Below the pieces are notes generated by a model, which saw nothing but the letters and a program-made list of their open reading frames with translations, was not told the origin of the DNA and searched no databases. A DNA stretch of 64,000 nucleotides, from the IMG/VR virus record IMGVR_UViG_3300022745_000017, positions 1-64,000 of that record; one strand, given 5' to 3'. Both the position numbers and the translations under genes were made by a program. Of the stretch, positions 10,615 to 21,063 are shown piece after piece. Each line of letters begins with the position of its first letter. Position 1 is the stretch's first letter.

Positions 10615-10784
10615 TTGGTACTCCTAAACCAGGATTCATTAAAAGTAGTATTATTCTGTTTTGACTTACTCGCCTTTGCTTGGCGGGGAGTCAAAACAGA
10701 ATAATGCATATATTGAGCATGCGTCAACTATAGCATGAATTTTTTAACGCTTACCATTCATCACTCAAACCAGGAATTAGCATC

Positions 10785-12413
10785 ATGGCTGCTGTACCAT
10801 TTAACATCAAGCTCTTGCAAATCACCGATCCGATGGCCTCTTTGATGCAGGCTGTCCAGGTCCTAGACTTTTTTGACGGGGCGACGAAGAACTTTCATCC
10901 AGATGGTTTGTTCTCTACGAAGATTTTTGGGGCAGCAGGCACAGAGCAGCGGTCGAGTAAGTTCTCTTACATCGACATGAAATTACCAATCTTTCACCCG
11001 ATCATCTATAAACGCATTGTCAAAATGAAAGCGTTTTACGGTGATATCATGGCTGGTAAAGAGTACGCTACCTGGGATGTCAATCTCAGTGACTTCGTGC
11101 GCAGCAATGCCTTGACAGGCGAGACGGGTTATACATTCTTCTTGAAGCACTGGAAGAAGATCAAGTTTGAAGAAACCGATACGATCTCCCGGCGTGAAAC
11201 GATTGAGCTGATCGAAAAGTACAAAGACACCTGCACCACGTCCAGGCTGCTAGTGATCCCTGCCGGATACCGAGATTTGGAAATCGATGAACATGGTCAG
11301 CAGAGCTCCGATGAGGTCAATGGTTTATACCAGAAAGTCTTGTCTACCTCCAACACGATTCACCGCACTGTCGCTAACACCACACCCGAAGCATATGACC
11401 ACCAGCGTGTTGTGTTGCAGCGGGCATTCATCGAGATCTATGAACTCTTTGAGAAAGTCGTTGAAGGCAAGAAAGCCCTACTGCTTAACAAGTGGGCAGG
11501 TCGAAACATCTTCAATGGCACGCGAAACGTCATCACAGCTCAGCAAGCTAACGTCGAGTTTTTAGGCAGCCATGGCAACCCCGGATTTAACAACACCAGT
11601 GTCGGCATCTATCAGACACTCAAAGGGATCTTGCCTATCTCCAAGTACCTGTTGCGCACGGGTTTCTTGTCTGAGGTCTTCACCTCTGTTACCACGCCTG
11701 CACTGCTGACGGATAAGAAGACCCTCAAGAGTGTGCGCGTGACACTCAAGCACAGTGACTTTGATGAATGGATGACAGGTGAAGGCATGGAGAAAGTCAT
11801 TGAGTCGTTTTCTGAAGAGAGTATTCGCCATGACCCTGTGGAAATCGATGACTACTACTTGGGCTTGATGTACAAGGGGCCTGACGGCACTTTCAAACTC
11901 ATTCACGGGATCGACGAACTCCCAGAAGGCCGACTCGCTAAAGATTGCACCCCGCTGACTTTAGCTGAGCTGTTTTATTGCTCGATTTACTTCAAAGCCA
12001 ATACCTACCCACTGCTGGTCACACGCTACCCTATCACTGGGATGGGGAGTATCTACACCTCGTTTACTTTCTTAGAGTCAACGATCGTCACCGAGGTGCG
12101 CAAAGAGCTCGGGACTGACTGGACTCCCATGGGTCCAGAGCGGGTAGCTTATCGTTTCCCGACGCTGACATCGTTCTACAACAGCTTGAGCCCACATGGC
12201 TCTCGCTTGGCAGGACTAGGCGCTGACTTTGACGGCGATACCGCATCGGCTAACTTCCTCTACAGCGATGAAGCCATTGAGTCGGCGATCAAGATGCTCA
12301 AGTCACGTAACTACTACGTCGGCAGTGATGGCAAGATCAACGTGGCAATCAACACAGACACGGTGAAATACGTGGTGCACAATCTCGCGCGTGGTCGCAA
12401 GAAAGCCAAGTAA
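10785..12413 (+). CDS. virion RNA polymerase beta' subunit, catalytic part (phiKZ gp180-like)
   Basis: FHPDGLFSTKIFG near the N-terminus, TRNVIT, TRYPI, and catalytic GADFDGD. Confidence 0.92.
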   Translation: MAAVPFNIKLLQITDPMASLMQAVQVLDFFDGATKNFHPDGLFSTKIFGAAGTEQRSSKFSYIDMKLPIFHPIIYKRIVKMKAFYGDIMAGKEYATWDVNLSDFVRSNALTGETGYTFFLKHWKKIKFEETDTISRRETIELIEKYKDTCTTSRLLVIPAGYRDLEIDEHGQQSSDEVNGLYQKVLSTSNTIHRTVANTTPEAYDHQRVVLQRAFIEIYELFEKVVEGKKALLLNKWAGRNIFNGTRNVITAQQANVEFLGSHGNPGFNNTSVGIYQTLKGILPISKYLLRTGFLSEVFTSVTTPALLTDKKTLKSVRVTLKHSDFDEWMTGEGMEKVIESFSEESIRHDPVEIDDYYLGLMYKGPDGTFKLIHGIDELPEGRLAKDCTPLTLAELFYCSIYFKANTYPLLVTRYPITGMGSIYTSFTFLESTIVTEVRKELGTDWTPMGPERVAYRFPTLTSFYNSLSPHGSRLAGLGADFDGDTASANFLYSDEAIESAIKMLKSRNYYVGSDGKINVAINTDTVKYVVHNLARGRKKAK

Positions 12414-12438
12414 TCACTGACAACCAGGAACCAACATC

Positions 12439-15400
12439 ATGGCACAATTGATCCATCAAAACGCGTTCTACCTCAAGCACGGCTTGCGCAATCAGCAGCA
12501 ATTCTCCCAACTACCTCTCTCACCGTGGCTTGACATTCGCTTGCCTGTTAACTCAGTGCTGCACTACCACACCCTGGACGCTGTTGATCCAGGTCCCAGT
12601 GCCAGCGATCCGATTTTCAAGAACCAAGAATCGGTTCCACTGATTCAACACGTTACGAGTCTGGCCAGCACCAAGGGCAATCCAACTCATCTGTCGGTCA
12701 ACCCGACACAACTCGTGACAGATTATCAGTCTAAGCACCGGATGTTTCGACTGATGAAGAACATGGACAGCGCTATTCGCAACCCGAATACACTGGTCGT
12801 GTTTAACTACAATCTGATCAACCAGGCTTACAAGTACACTCGCACGGTCTACACGGCGTTTCATAAGTGGGAGAACTTGCTGGCGACAGTGTTTGCCAAT
12901 GTCGCTAAGGTGGTGACAGAGTCTACGATTCACCATCACTACATCGTCTGGGAAGTCCCCAGCGTCTGTCCCACCATCATGCAGTTGGACAACCTCTGCA
13001 AAGAGGTGACCTCCTCGCATCTAGAGCCGTTTACAGAAGCTTCGGCTTTCAACGTGTTTGAGATGTGGCGCTGGTTGGGTAAAGACAGAACAGCGTCCCT
13101 GATCTCAAAGATCCCTAAGGAGCATATCCACAAGGTCAACATCATTTACAAAGATGTCAATCGCTGGATGGTTGTGAACCTTGGGGTGCTCAACTCCCTG
13201 CGTGTGTGTGATGACACCGACACCGGCTACGTGACCAAACCCCTCAAGGTGTTTGACCCGATTCAGTTGCAAAAGCGCATGCTGTTGGTCAACATCTCGA
13301 TCGTGGCCGCACGCACTTCCGACCTAGCCAGCCAGGTTAAGCACAGCAACGATGACACCCAAGGGACTCCCAAAGATCATGTACCTCTGGCAGATGACAG
13401 TGTCGATACTGATCCAATGGCTCAAACGCCTGTGGACAACAACACTGTCTCACAAGACTTACCGAGCCAAACAACGGTAACTCCAGCTGAGCCCGAGTTA
13501 AAAGCCGGCACGCTGCATGTCCAGATCGATGATGATGACACGGCTAAAGACATCATTCGAAAAGAAGACAAAAGCATCGACGAGCAGCTCGACGCATTAG
13601 CTGAAATCGCTGCGCGCAAAGTCTCACAAGGCACTGAGCCCAAGCGCAGCATCGGACAGATCATTCGCACCAAAGCGCCTGATCTGGAAGAAGCCTTCAT
13701 GCAAGAGTGCGACATCTTGGCCAGCACTGGCGCTGTGACTGCTGGCGAGTACCGACGCTTTGAGCGCTTAGCCAGTGCTCACAAGACCCTGGTCGCACCT
13801 AACGGTCAGCCGATGATTGACTTCATCAAGATTGACCCAGAAGACCTTAAAGTCGTTAACAAACAAAACCTCAAAGACGACCCCACAGTTCTTGACAAAT
13901 CCATGTTATCTAACACGCTGATGGATATGGAGAAGAACTACGTCGAGAAGATCTTGCAAAAAGATATCGCTGCGTGTGTGATGAACTTTCACCGTGCAGG
14001 TGTTGCGATCACTGGGTATAAGCTAGAGACGGTAGAGGACTACACTGGCGCGGAAGATCTCCTGACCATTAAGCTCGCACCGATTGAAGGCAAGCCAACC
14101 ACGTCTCGCCACAAGCTCCCCAAGATCTACCCCGAAGGCTACTACAAAGCCAACGGCGTGAAGTACCGGCTCCGTAAGCAACGCGGGGAAATCCCAATCT
14201 GTAAAGTCGGGCCTGACCGTGTGGCGCTCACCAGTTACTACGGTAAGACTTTCATCAACCGGGGGCGTCGCAAAGTCACTGACTACGGAATCTGGTTGAC
14301 TAATAGTGTCATGGCCAAAGCCATTGACCCTAATGACCACCAAATCACCAACATCATCACCTCAGAAGTGTTTGATGGTGAGCAAAACGTCTGCCGGGCT
14401 TACTCTGCTTTGTCGGGGCGTATCCGCTCTTTCCATTGTGGGGGTTACGAGCTGTGCTTTGACAAGATCATCAAAGAAAAGTCAGTAGATGAAGCTGTCT
14501 TGAAGGCACTGGAGAATAAGGGCAGTGTCGTAGCTGGTTGGAATGGGCCTAAAGAGAAACCCTTCTTGGTCATTGACAAGAACAACATCGCTTACGCTAG
14601 CGATGGTAAAAGCCTTGACCTCATTGGGCCTTTCGAGAACTTCCTGGGCCTGCAAGCTGATGACGCTCCGGTGGAGTGCGCAGAGCTGACAGTGTTTGGT
14701 AAGGACGTTCCAGTCGGTGTGATCCTTGGTTACCAGATGGGATTGACAGCACTGCTGTCTTTGCTAAAGGCCAATGTCCGCCGAGTACCTGCTGGCACAC
14801 AAATGCGTTTGCAGCCGCATGAGTATGCTATTGAGTTTTCCGATGAGTCTTTGATTCTCCCTAAGGACGACATCTTTACGAACTTGGTGGTCAGTGGGTT
14901 TAACGAATACCGTAAGGCCATTCGCACCTTCTCCTCACGCAGCTTTGACAACCCCGGTGTCTATCTGAATCTGCTGGAGTCAGCGGGTCTATCTACACGC
15001 TACCTGCGTGAGATCGACACCATGCACAAGCTGTTCATTGATCCGATCACACTAGACATCTTGATCGAGATGAAAGAGCCTGAGACGTTTGAAGGCCTAC
15101 TGCTGCGAAGTTGTGAGTTGCTGACGGATGATTTCTGCTACCCCGCTGGTGACCCTCGCAATCTGCGCGATAAGGGTTATGAGCGTATTGCTGGCGCTGT
15201 CTACAATGAGCTCGTTCAAGGCTACCGCAATCACAATGCGCGCTTTGCTAAGAGCATGTACGGCATTGAAGTACCGCCTTACGCGACTTGGAACCGTATC
15301 ACGCAAGACCCGGTGAAAGTCCAGCTCTCCGAGATCAACCCCGTGCACGCTCTTAAAGAGCTAGAAGCAGTAACGTACTCGGGCACGGATGGTCGTAACC

Positions 15401-16752
15401 GCCGTAGCATGACGAAAAAGACCCGTGCATTTAGTCCGCGAGAAATGGGTGTGACCTCGGAGTCTACCAGTGACTCGTCTGATGTGGGGATTAACTTCCA
15501 AGTCACCGGCAATCCTCAGTACACCTCTTTGCGGGGACTGTTGGGAGACTTTGATTACAAGAAAACAGGCGCTACCAGCATGTTTTCTACCGCAGCGCTG
15601 TTAGCCCCAGGTAGTGACCAAGATGAGTTTCGCCGGGTTAACTTCGTGGCTATCCAGCAGTCTCATGCTGTTGCATGTGTTGGCTACACACAGTCTCCGT
15701 TTCGCACTGGCTATGAAACGATCTTGGGCCAGCGCACCTCTGATCTGTACTGCTACACAGCCAAAAAGCCTGGGAAGGTCTTACAGATCAATGACCACGG
15801 GATCATCGTCAATTACGATGACGGTAGTATCCAAGGCTATGAGCTGGGTGTTAGACACGGTCACGCAGCTGGCTTGGTAATTCCGCACAACGTCGTTACA
15901 CCGCTCAAGCTCGGGGATAAAGTCGAAGTAGGTGACTGCATCGTCTACAACACTGGGTTCTTCGAGCGAGACTGGATGAACAAAAAGCGGGTGGTGTGGA
16001 AAAATGCAGTGATGGTTAACACGGTCTTCTGGGAGTCTGCCAATACTCATGAAGATGCTTCTGCTATCTCTGCTGACCTCGGCGCTAAACTAGAGACCAA
16101 GTACACCAAGATCAAAAACATCACGATCAACTTTAACCAAAGTGTCTCCAACTTGGTTAAGCCTGGTCAAAGCGTCAAAGCCAAAGATGTACTATGCTAC
16201 ATCGAAGACTCAATGACGGCTTCGACTGACTTGTTTTCTGGCAAGTCTATTGAACTACTCAAGGCTTTGGCTAAGCGCTCTCCTAAAGCCAGCGTGAAAG
16301 GGGTTGTCGATAAAATCGAAGTCCTCTATCACGGTGACAAAGAAGACATGAGTGACTCTTTGCGAGCGATTGCAGATGAAAGCGATCGTCAACTCAAGCG
16401 CATCGCTAAGTCCACAGGCAACGAAGGTTTCACAGGAGCCGTTGGGTCAGGTTATCGCATTGAGAACAAACCCATTGCGCTAGATACAGCTGTCATCCGG
16501 GTCTATATCACAGCCAGTGCTGGTAACGGCCTCGGCGATAAGGGCGTGCTGTTTAACCAGATGAAAACCGTGTTTTCTTCGGTGATGGCAGGTGTTTACC
16601 GTGATGCTTATGGTCGGCAAATCGATTTCATCTTTGGACAGAAATCCTTGGATGACCGGATCGTGCGATCACCTGTCAAGATAGCGACGACTTGTACACT
16701 AAACCGCTTGGGTGCCAAGCGCGTGTGCAACGCGTACTGGGGCCGTAAGTGA
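12439..16752 (+). CDS. virion RNA polymerase beta subunit (phiKZ gp178-like)
   Basis: 1437 aa; beta-type motifs DQDEFRRVNFVAIQQSH, NTHEDAS, GDKGVLFNQMKTV; follows the beta' gene; AGGA RBS. Confidence 0.9.
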   Translation: MAQLIHQNAFYLKHGLRNQQQFSQLPLSPWLDIRLPVNSVLHYHTLDAVDPGPSASDPIFKNQESVPLIQHVTSLASTKGNPTHLSVNPTQLVTDYQSKHRMFRLMKNMDSAIRNPNTLVVFNYNLINQAYKYTRTVYTAFHKWENLLATVFANVAKVVTESTIHHHYIVWEVPSVCPTIMQLDNLCKEVTSSHLEPFTEASAFNVFEMWRWLGKDRTASLISKIPKEHIHKVNIIYKDVNRWMVVNLGVLNSLRVCDDTDTGYVTKPLKVFDPIQLQKRMLLVNISIVAARTSDLASQVKHSNDDTQGTPKDHVPLADDSVDTDPMAQTPVDNNTVSQDLPSQTTVTPAEPELKAGTLHVQIDDDDTAKDIIRKEDKSIDEQLDALAEIAARKVSQGTEPKRSIGQIIRTKAPDLEEAFMQECDILASTGAVTAGEYRRFERLASAHKTLVAPNGQPMIDFIKIDPEDLKVVNKQNLKDDPTVLDKSMLSNTLMDMEKNYVEKILQKDIAACVMNFHRAGVAITGYKLETVEDYTGAEDLLTIKLAPIEGKPTTSRHKLPKIYPEGYYKANGVKYRLRKQRGEIPICKVGPDRVALTSYYGKTFINRGRRKVTDYGIWLTNSVMAKAIDPNDHQITNIITSEVFDGEQNVCRAYSALSGRIRSFHCGGYELCFDKIIKEKSVDEAVLKALENKGSVVAGWNGPKEKPFLVIDKNNIAYASDGKSLDLIGPFENFLGLQADDAPVECAELTVFGKDVPVGVILGYQMGLTALLSLLKANVRRVPAGTQMRLQPHEYAIEFSDESLILPKDDIFTNLVVSGFNEYRKAIRTFSSRSFDNPGVYLNLLESAGLSTRYLREIDTMHKLFIDPITLDILIEMKEPETFEGLLLRSCELLTDDFCYPAGDPRNLRDKGYERIAGAVYNELVQGYRNHNARFAKSMYGIEVPPYATWNRITQDPVKVQLSEINPVHALKELEAVTYSGTDGRNRRSMTKKTRAFSPREMGVTSESTSDSSDVGINFQVTGNPQYTSLRGLLGDFDYKKTGATSMFSTAALLAPGSDQDEFRRVNFVAIQQSHAVACVGYTQSPFRTGYETILGQRTSDLYCYTAKKPGKVLQINDHGIIVNYDDGSIQGYELGVRHGHAAGLVIPHNVVTPLKLGDKVEVGDCIVYNTGFFERDWMNKKRVVWKNAVMVNTVFWESANTHEDASAISADLGAKLETKYTKIKNITINFNQSVSNLVKPGQSVKAKDVLCYIEDSMTASTDLFSGKSIELLKALAKRSPKASVKGVVDKIEVLYHGDKEDMSDSLRAIADESDRQLKRIAKSTGNEGFTGAVGSGYRIENKPIALDTAVIRVYITASAGNGLGDKGVLFNQMKTVFSSVMAGVYRDAYGRQIDFIFGQKSLDDRIVRSPVKIATTCTLNRLGAKRVCNAYWGRK

Positions 16753-16771
16753 TGGGTTAATACTGTGTGCG

Positions 16772-16803
16772 CTGTAGGCCCTGTTTCTAAACAGGGCCTA
16801 CAG
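16772..16803 (+). terminator. hairpin, 15-bp inverted repeat, after vRNAP beta
   Basis: ctgtaggccctgttt-ct-aaacagggcctacag followed by T-rich sequence. Confidence 0.7.
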
Positions 16804-16842
16804 TGTCTTTATTTGCGAGCTTTTTCTTGTAAAGGAAATCAA

Positions 16843-17046
16843 ATGAAAACGAGTTCTGAAGTTTCAGTGCTCACCATGGGGTGCGCAATCACTCTGGGTG
16901 GTGAAATCGCGCGGCGTGTCGTTGGGAAAAACATCTCTGACACCCTCTCCGGTGAGGTCATTACGCCCAACCAACTCTACCAAGTGATTGGCCAGCGCAT
17001 CGCTGCTCGGCTCATCGAGCGTGTCTCTGCCAAAAAAGGAGCTTAA
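16843..17046 (+). CDS. small virion/head-associated protein (67 aa)
   Basis: AAAGGA RBS before ATG 16843; the track start at 16765 runs through the hairpin. Occupies the slot between vRNAP beta and the gp177-like gene. Confidence 0.65.
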   Translation: MKTSSEVSVLTMGCAITLGGEIARRVVGKNISDTLSGEVITPNQLYQVIGQRIAARLIERVSAKKGA

Positions 17047-17049
17047 GCA

Positions 17050-18480
17050 ATGATTCCCGTCGAAGCTGCAAAAGTCGCCATCAGTCAAGTCGAGTTGTTT
17101 GACCGTCGTGGCGAGATCCTCACTACCATGGGCCAAACACCTGTGGCTACGATCATGTCTACGATCGGTATGCGTAGCTGTTACGCTGGCGCTACGGAGT
17201 ACTCCCCCACCCCGGAATCCGTGAGTTACATGAGCACCGGCGATTGCACGGATGGTCCCATCAGTTTGTGCAGCAAGGCGATCGAAGCGCTGGCCGCTGA
17301 CATCGGTGGTGAGATTGAAAAGCATCTGTTCTTTACTCGCAACACCGTACAACCAGTGATCAAGCTGGTAGCCGCATCCATCAAAGCGCATACGGATCGC
17401 ATCCCACCAGACGTGGACAAAACGATCACCGTCATCGAACGTGAGCTCCCACCTCCGATGTTTGATCTGGAAGACGACATCAACAAGTTCTCTGACGCAC
17501 CTTACCGGGCGATCAATCAGCGCATTTTGGTGGGCGACAAGTCACCTCCCGAAATCATTGAGCTGATGCTCACTGGCAAGAAAGGTGTGGACGCTAAGCT
17601 CAGCGCCTGGGCGATTGGCCAAGACCCCTTGTTGCTGCAAAACATCTGGGACGCCTTGTTCACTGCCAAAGAAACACTGGCAGCTGATGCCATCTTGCGT
17701 GACCCTGAGAAGTCTGTCGCTAGTGCGTTGGTGGCGTACTTGTGCGCTAGCAAGATGTATGAGAAGATCCCCGAGGGCATCAACTCATCTCTGGGCACTT
17801 TCCGCGCATTCCTCACCTTGGTGATGGAGCAGTGTGCCAAAGTCATGATTGGTGGTTTTGAAGACGAACACCAAGCCATCAAGTCTGGTCGCATTGTGTT
17901 TGCCAACGTCTTCCGTAAGGTCTATGTCAACAAGACGGTATACCGACAATGGTTGAGTGAAGGTGGTGTTGAGCAAGCCATCTATGGCAACAGCTTGATG
18001 GCTGTCCCATTCTTCTTTGTCGATCAGATCAAGGAAAACCAAAGTGCACTGATTTCGCGCTGGCGCGATTACACGCTGCAATCAGCTACCGGTGAAGCTG
18101 AGCGTCGCCATGCACTGATTCGGGACATCATCAAAGATGCTTTCGATGATGTGGTGGTGCAAAACTTCAAGATGTGCTTTTGCCACCTCTGTGATGACCC
18201 GACGCCTGAGCGCAACCAAAGTGATTACGCTGCGTTCCGAGCCAAGCTAGCGATGGTGACAGCTCGCATGGCCAACGCGGACTACGAGAAAGATCCCTGG
18301 AACTTCGTGATCAACTTGGTGCTCGATTGTCTCTACGAGAAAGCCCCTTGTGCGCGACGCATCCTGGACGGCATCTCTCAGGCCAGTCGCGTCAACCCAG
18401 ACGCTACACCTGAAGAGTGCGCAAGCCTGGCGACACTGACCTACATCGCTGACTTCTGCGCAGATCAGATCGTCATCTAA
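17050..18480 (+). CDS. virion (head) protein, phiKZ gp177-like
   Basis: 476 aa, AGGAG RBS, syntenic position between vRNAP beta and the protease. Confidence 0.6.
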   Translation: MIPVEAAKVAISQVELFDRRGEILTTMGQTPVATIMSTIGMRSCYAGATEYSPTPESVSYMSTGDCTDGPISLCSKAIEALAADIGGEIEKHLFFTRNTVQPVIKLVAASIKAHTDRIPPDVDKTITVIERELPPPMFDLEDDINKFSDAPYRAINQRILVGDKSPPEIIELMLTGKKGVDAKLSAWAIGQDPLLLQNIWDALFTAKETLAADAILRDPEKSVASALVAYLCASKMYEKIPEGINSSLGTFRAFLTLVMEQCAKVMIGGFEDEHQAIKSGRIVFANVFRKVYVNKTVYRQWLSEGGVEQAIYGNSLMAVPFFFVDQIKENQSALISRWRDYTLQSATGEAERRHALIRDIIKDAFDDVVVQNFKMCFCHLCDDPTPERNQSDYAAFRAKLAMVTARMANADYEKDPWNFVINLVLDCLYEKAPCARRILDGISQASRVNPDATPEECASLATLTYIADFCADQIVI

Positions 18481-18486
18481 GGGAGA

Positions 18487-19218
18487 TTGGCCATGGATTT
18501 TTCACGCCTCGTGCATGATAAATCAAAGGTACTTGCGTCCCTGGCGCAAATGCCTGATGGCCAAGTCATCGCTTTGAAACCGTGTAAGGTTCACATCCCT
18601 TGCCGGTTTACAGAACATGACCTGGCTTACGTCGGAGCACAGACCAAGATCGTAGGACTTTTCAGCATCGTTGTTGAAGATTCGTTTTACTGTGTTTTGA
18701 TGATTAACGCCATCTTACAACTCGATCCGATGACCACTGACAAGGTCAAGATCGAGGGCAATGACTACTATGAGTTTGGATTCCCTAAAGGATCTACTCT
18801 CATCACGTCCTGCCTGGCTGTGAAGGACAACACGGTTCCTTACAAAATCTACGACGAGATCTTGTCAAAGGCCAAAGTGCCCGCCTATGTAAGCTACGAC
18901 ATGCTCGGGCGACTGTTTGACACCGCCAAAAAGCACGCTGGGGCTAACGTGGGTGGTCAGTCTGAGGTCACTGAAATGCTAGCGAGTGTGATTACTCGCT
19001 GGTCTGATGACTTGACGATGTACTTTCGTCAAGTCATTAAAAAGCCCAGTGATGTCAATCGCTACAAAAAGACTTACGCTGCTATGCGTAACGTAGCGCT
19101 ATCGGCTACCAACACCTCCGCCAAGCTGCTAGGTAGTCACTTCGATTCAGGTATCGCTAGCGCACTCCTACACCCCTCAGAGCGTGTAGAGCGTATGGAA
19201 GAAATACTGCGCAAGTAG
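18487..19218 (+). CDS. phiKZ gp176 / SPN3US gp244-like protein, putative extra vRNAP subunit
   Basis: About 240 aa immediately upstream of the prohead protease, C-terminal SERVERMEEILRK; likely start ATG 18493; assignment mainly by synteny. Confidence 0.6.
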   Translation: MAMDFSRLVHDKSKVLASLAQMPDGQVIALKPCKVHIPCRFTEHDLAYVGAQTKIVGLFSIVVEDSFYCVLMINAILQLDPMTTDKVKIEGNDYYEFGFPKGSTLITSCLAVKDNTVPYKIYDEILSKAKVPAYVSYDMLGRLFDTAKKHAGANVGGQSEVTEMLASVITRWSDDLTMYFRQVIKKPSDVNRYKKTYAAMRNVALSATNTSAKLLGSHFDSGIASALLHPSERVERMEEILRK

Positions 19219-19245
19219 TCTATTATTTTTTAAGGTAGATCAATC

Positions 19246-20046
19246 ATGGAAAAACTCCGTTTCACATGCACCTCGCTTGCAGCAGGTGTGAAAGGCATTT
19301 TGCCTAAGGATGAGAAAGGCTATCGCAAGATGCCTGTAGGTGGGCTCAATATGTACAACTCCGTAGGGGATTACTACCCTTACGAAGGTGTGCAAGAGAT
19401 CTTCCACCGCTCTAACTCTTTCATGCGACGCATCGAGACACGCTGCTTGAAGTGTGAGGAAGGCCATCCTGAGTTCTTGCCAGGCATGACCGATGACATG
19501 TATGCTCAGCGCATCATGCACATCGAAGAGACCAGGGTGTGTGCTCACATCAAAGCCATTGAGCTGGACTTTGACTCGCTCACCGATGAAGCAGGCCGAC
19601 CTATCGTTGCGATCATCGCCTTGATGAAGGGTGATGGCATCTTTGGCCCGGCACTGGAGAAATCCTTTGACAACACGGAAGAAGACGTTTGCTTCTCCAT
19701 CCGTGCACTCACCGAGAACCGCCGCATTGTAGGGGTGAATAACCGCTACATTCGCCAGATCATCACTTGGGACCGTGTCACTGAACCAGGTTTGAATGTG
19801 GCTCGCAAAATGCGCGCACCTTCTCTGGAAGGCTTCCGAGACTCTATCGCAATCGCTACCAGCATTACCGAGCGTGACATGGAACTCGCTAGCTTTGCCA
19901 AGGCGATCGAGCGTCAGTCGCAAGTGCTCAAGTCTGCTGGGATGTCGTTTGAGTCTGCTGGGATGTTGACAGCCCAAGAGCTGTTTGCTTCCTTCCGCTG
20001 GGGCATTGACGACCAGAAGAAACTACCTGCCAGCATGCAGTGGTAA
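19246..20046 (+). CDS. prohead maturation serine protease (phiKZ gp175-like)
   Basis: KGILPKDEKGY N-terminus, EEGHP (catalytic His), CFSIRALT (catalytic Ser), ITWDRVTEPG; APSLE candidate autocleavage site. Confidence 0.85.
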   Translation: MEKLRFTCTSLAAGVKGILPKDEKGYRKMPVGGLNMYNSVGDYYPYEGVQEIFHRSNSFMRRIETRCLKCEEGHPEFLPGMTDDMYAQRIMHIEETRVCAHIKAIELDFDSLTDEAGRPIVAIIALMKGDGIFGPALEKSFDNTEEDVCFSIRALTENRRIVGVNNRYIRQIITWDRVTEPGLNVARKMRAPSLEGFRDSIAIATSITERDMELASFAKAIERQSQVLKSAGMSFESAGMLTAQELFASFRWGIDDQKKLPASMQW

Positions 20047-20048
20047 AC

Positions 20049-20083
20049 CCCTAGGTACAGAGCTTTTGTCTCTGTACCTAGGG
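20049..20083 (+). terminator. hairpin, 14-bp stem, after the protease
   Basis: ccctaggtacagag-cttttgt-ctctgtacctaggg, then actatgccgttttt. Confidence 0.75.
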
Positions 20084-20108
20084 ACTATGCCGTTTTTATT
20101 TGATCCTA

Positions 20109-20140
20109 TTTTTCTTCAATCACATATATCAGTAGTGAGT
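20109..20140 (+). promoter_or_regulatory. putative phage early promoter
   Basis: TTTTCTTCAATCACATATATCAGTAGTGAG; near-identical copy at 27232-27262; resembles the phiKZ early TATATTAC core. Confidence 0.65.
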
Positions 20141-20182
20141 TGGTAATGATGTTAAAGCCATTCTCGTATCTTAACCTACATC

Positions 20183-21061
20183 ATGAAAGGAATTGAGGTG
20201 ACTCAATTATCATGGAATGGTGTTGCGGAGTTTACCGCAACAGCTGGGGAAGTCTTCCCCAGTCTTGAAGCCATTGGCACCAAGCTCGGTGCTATCAGCA
20301 TCCTCGCCGACCTGGTGCACCCAGAGGGCGAGGAGTCAATCTGGCAAGTCCAGATTGACGCACCCCAGGCTTCGTGGCATCCAGTGCGCAAGAGCTTGCC
20401 CAAAGCTCTGCGCGCCGCCGGATGGGCAAGCCTAACCACAGTACAGGGCGGTCCCGGCCGCACTGTACTGATCCTCACTTGCCTAGCCGGCAATGAGGAT
20501 CAGGGAGAGTCGCAAGACGCTCCTGTTGAAGTTTCCACCACCCCCACTGTTACCCAGGAGTCTACAATGTCCGCTGTTCCCACTTCCACCATCCCCGGCG
20601 TGAGCGCCGCCCCCACCACCGCCGCAGTGACCATCGAACAGCTGCTGGCGGCAGTCGCCGCTACCAACGCCAGCGTCGACACGCTGAGCAAAGCGGCTGC
20701 CTCCGCCCAAGCGGCGCAACTGGCACTGGGCCAGCGCGTCGACGCGCTGGCACCCGCCCTGCCCAAGGCCAGCGAGGCAGCCGCTGCTGCCGAGGCGGCT
20801 AACAAAGCAGCAGCAGCAGCGGCTGCTGCTGCTGCTGACGCAGCCGCCAAGGCCCTCAAGGCTGAGGCTGATCTGCAAGTGTTGACCGCCAAGGTCAACG
20901 CCCTGCCCGCCCCGAGTGCGGCCGGTGCCACCAAGTCCTCTACGGCTTCTGAAGACTGGACCACGGGCGAAATCGCAGTAGCGGTTGGCTGCACCTTGCT
21001 GCTCATTGGTGGTGTGTGGATGCTTGTGGACAAGTTCACAGGCAAAGCCACTCCGGTCTAA
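20183..21061 (+). CDS. hypothetical early protein with Ala-rich coiled coil and C-terminal transmembrane anchor; second in-frame start at 20567
   Basis: 292 aa; poly-Ala helix; hydrophobic IAVAVGCTLLLIGGVWMLV near the C-terminus; AGGAG-6nt-ATG at 20556-20569. Confidence 0.7.
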   Translation: MKGIEVTQLSWNGVAEFTATAGEVFPSLEAIGTKLGAISILADLVHPEGEESIWQVQIDAPQASWHPVRKSLPKALRAAGWASLTTVQGGPGRTVLILTCLAGNEDQGESQDAPVEVSTTPTVTQESTMSAVPTSTIPGVSAAPTTAAVTIEQLLAAVAATNASVDTLSKAAASAQAAQLALGQRVDALAPALPKASEAAAAAEAANKAAAAAAAAAADAAAKALKAEADLQVLTAKVNALPAPSAAGATKSSTASEDWTTGEIAVAVGCTLLLIGGVWMLVDKFTGKATPV

Positions 21062-21063
21062 CT

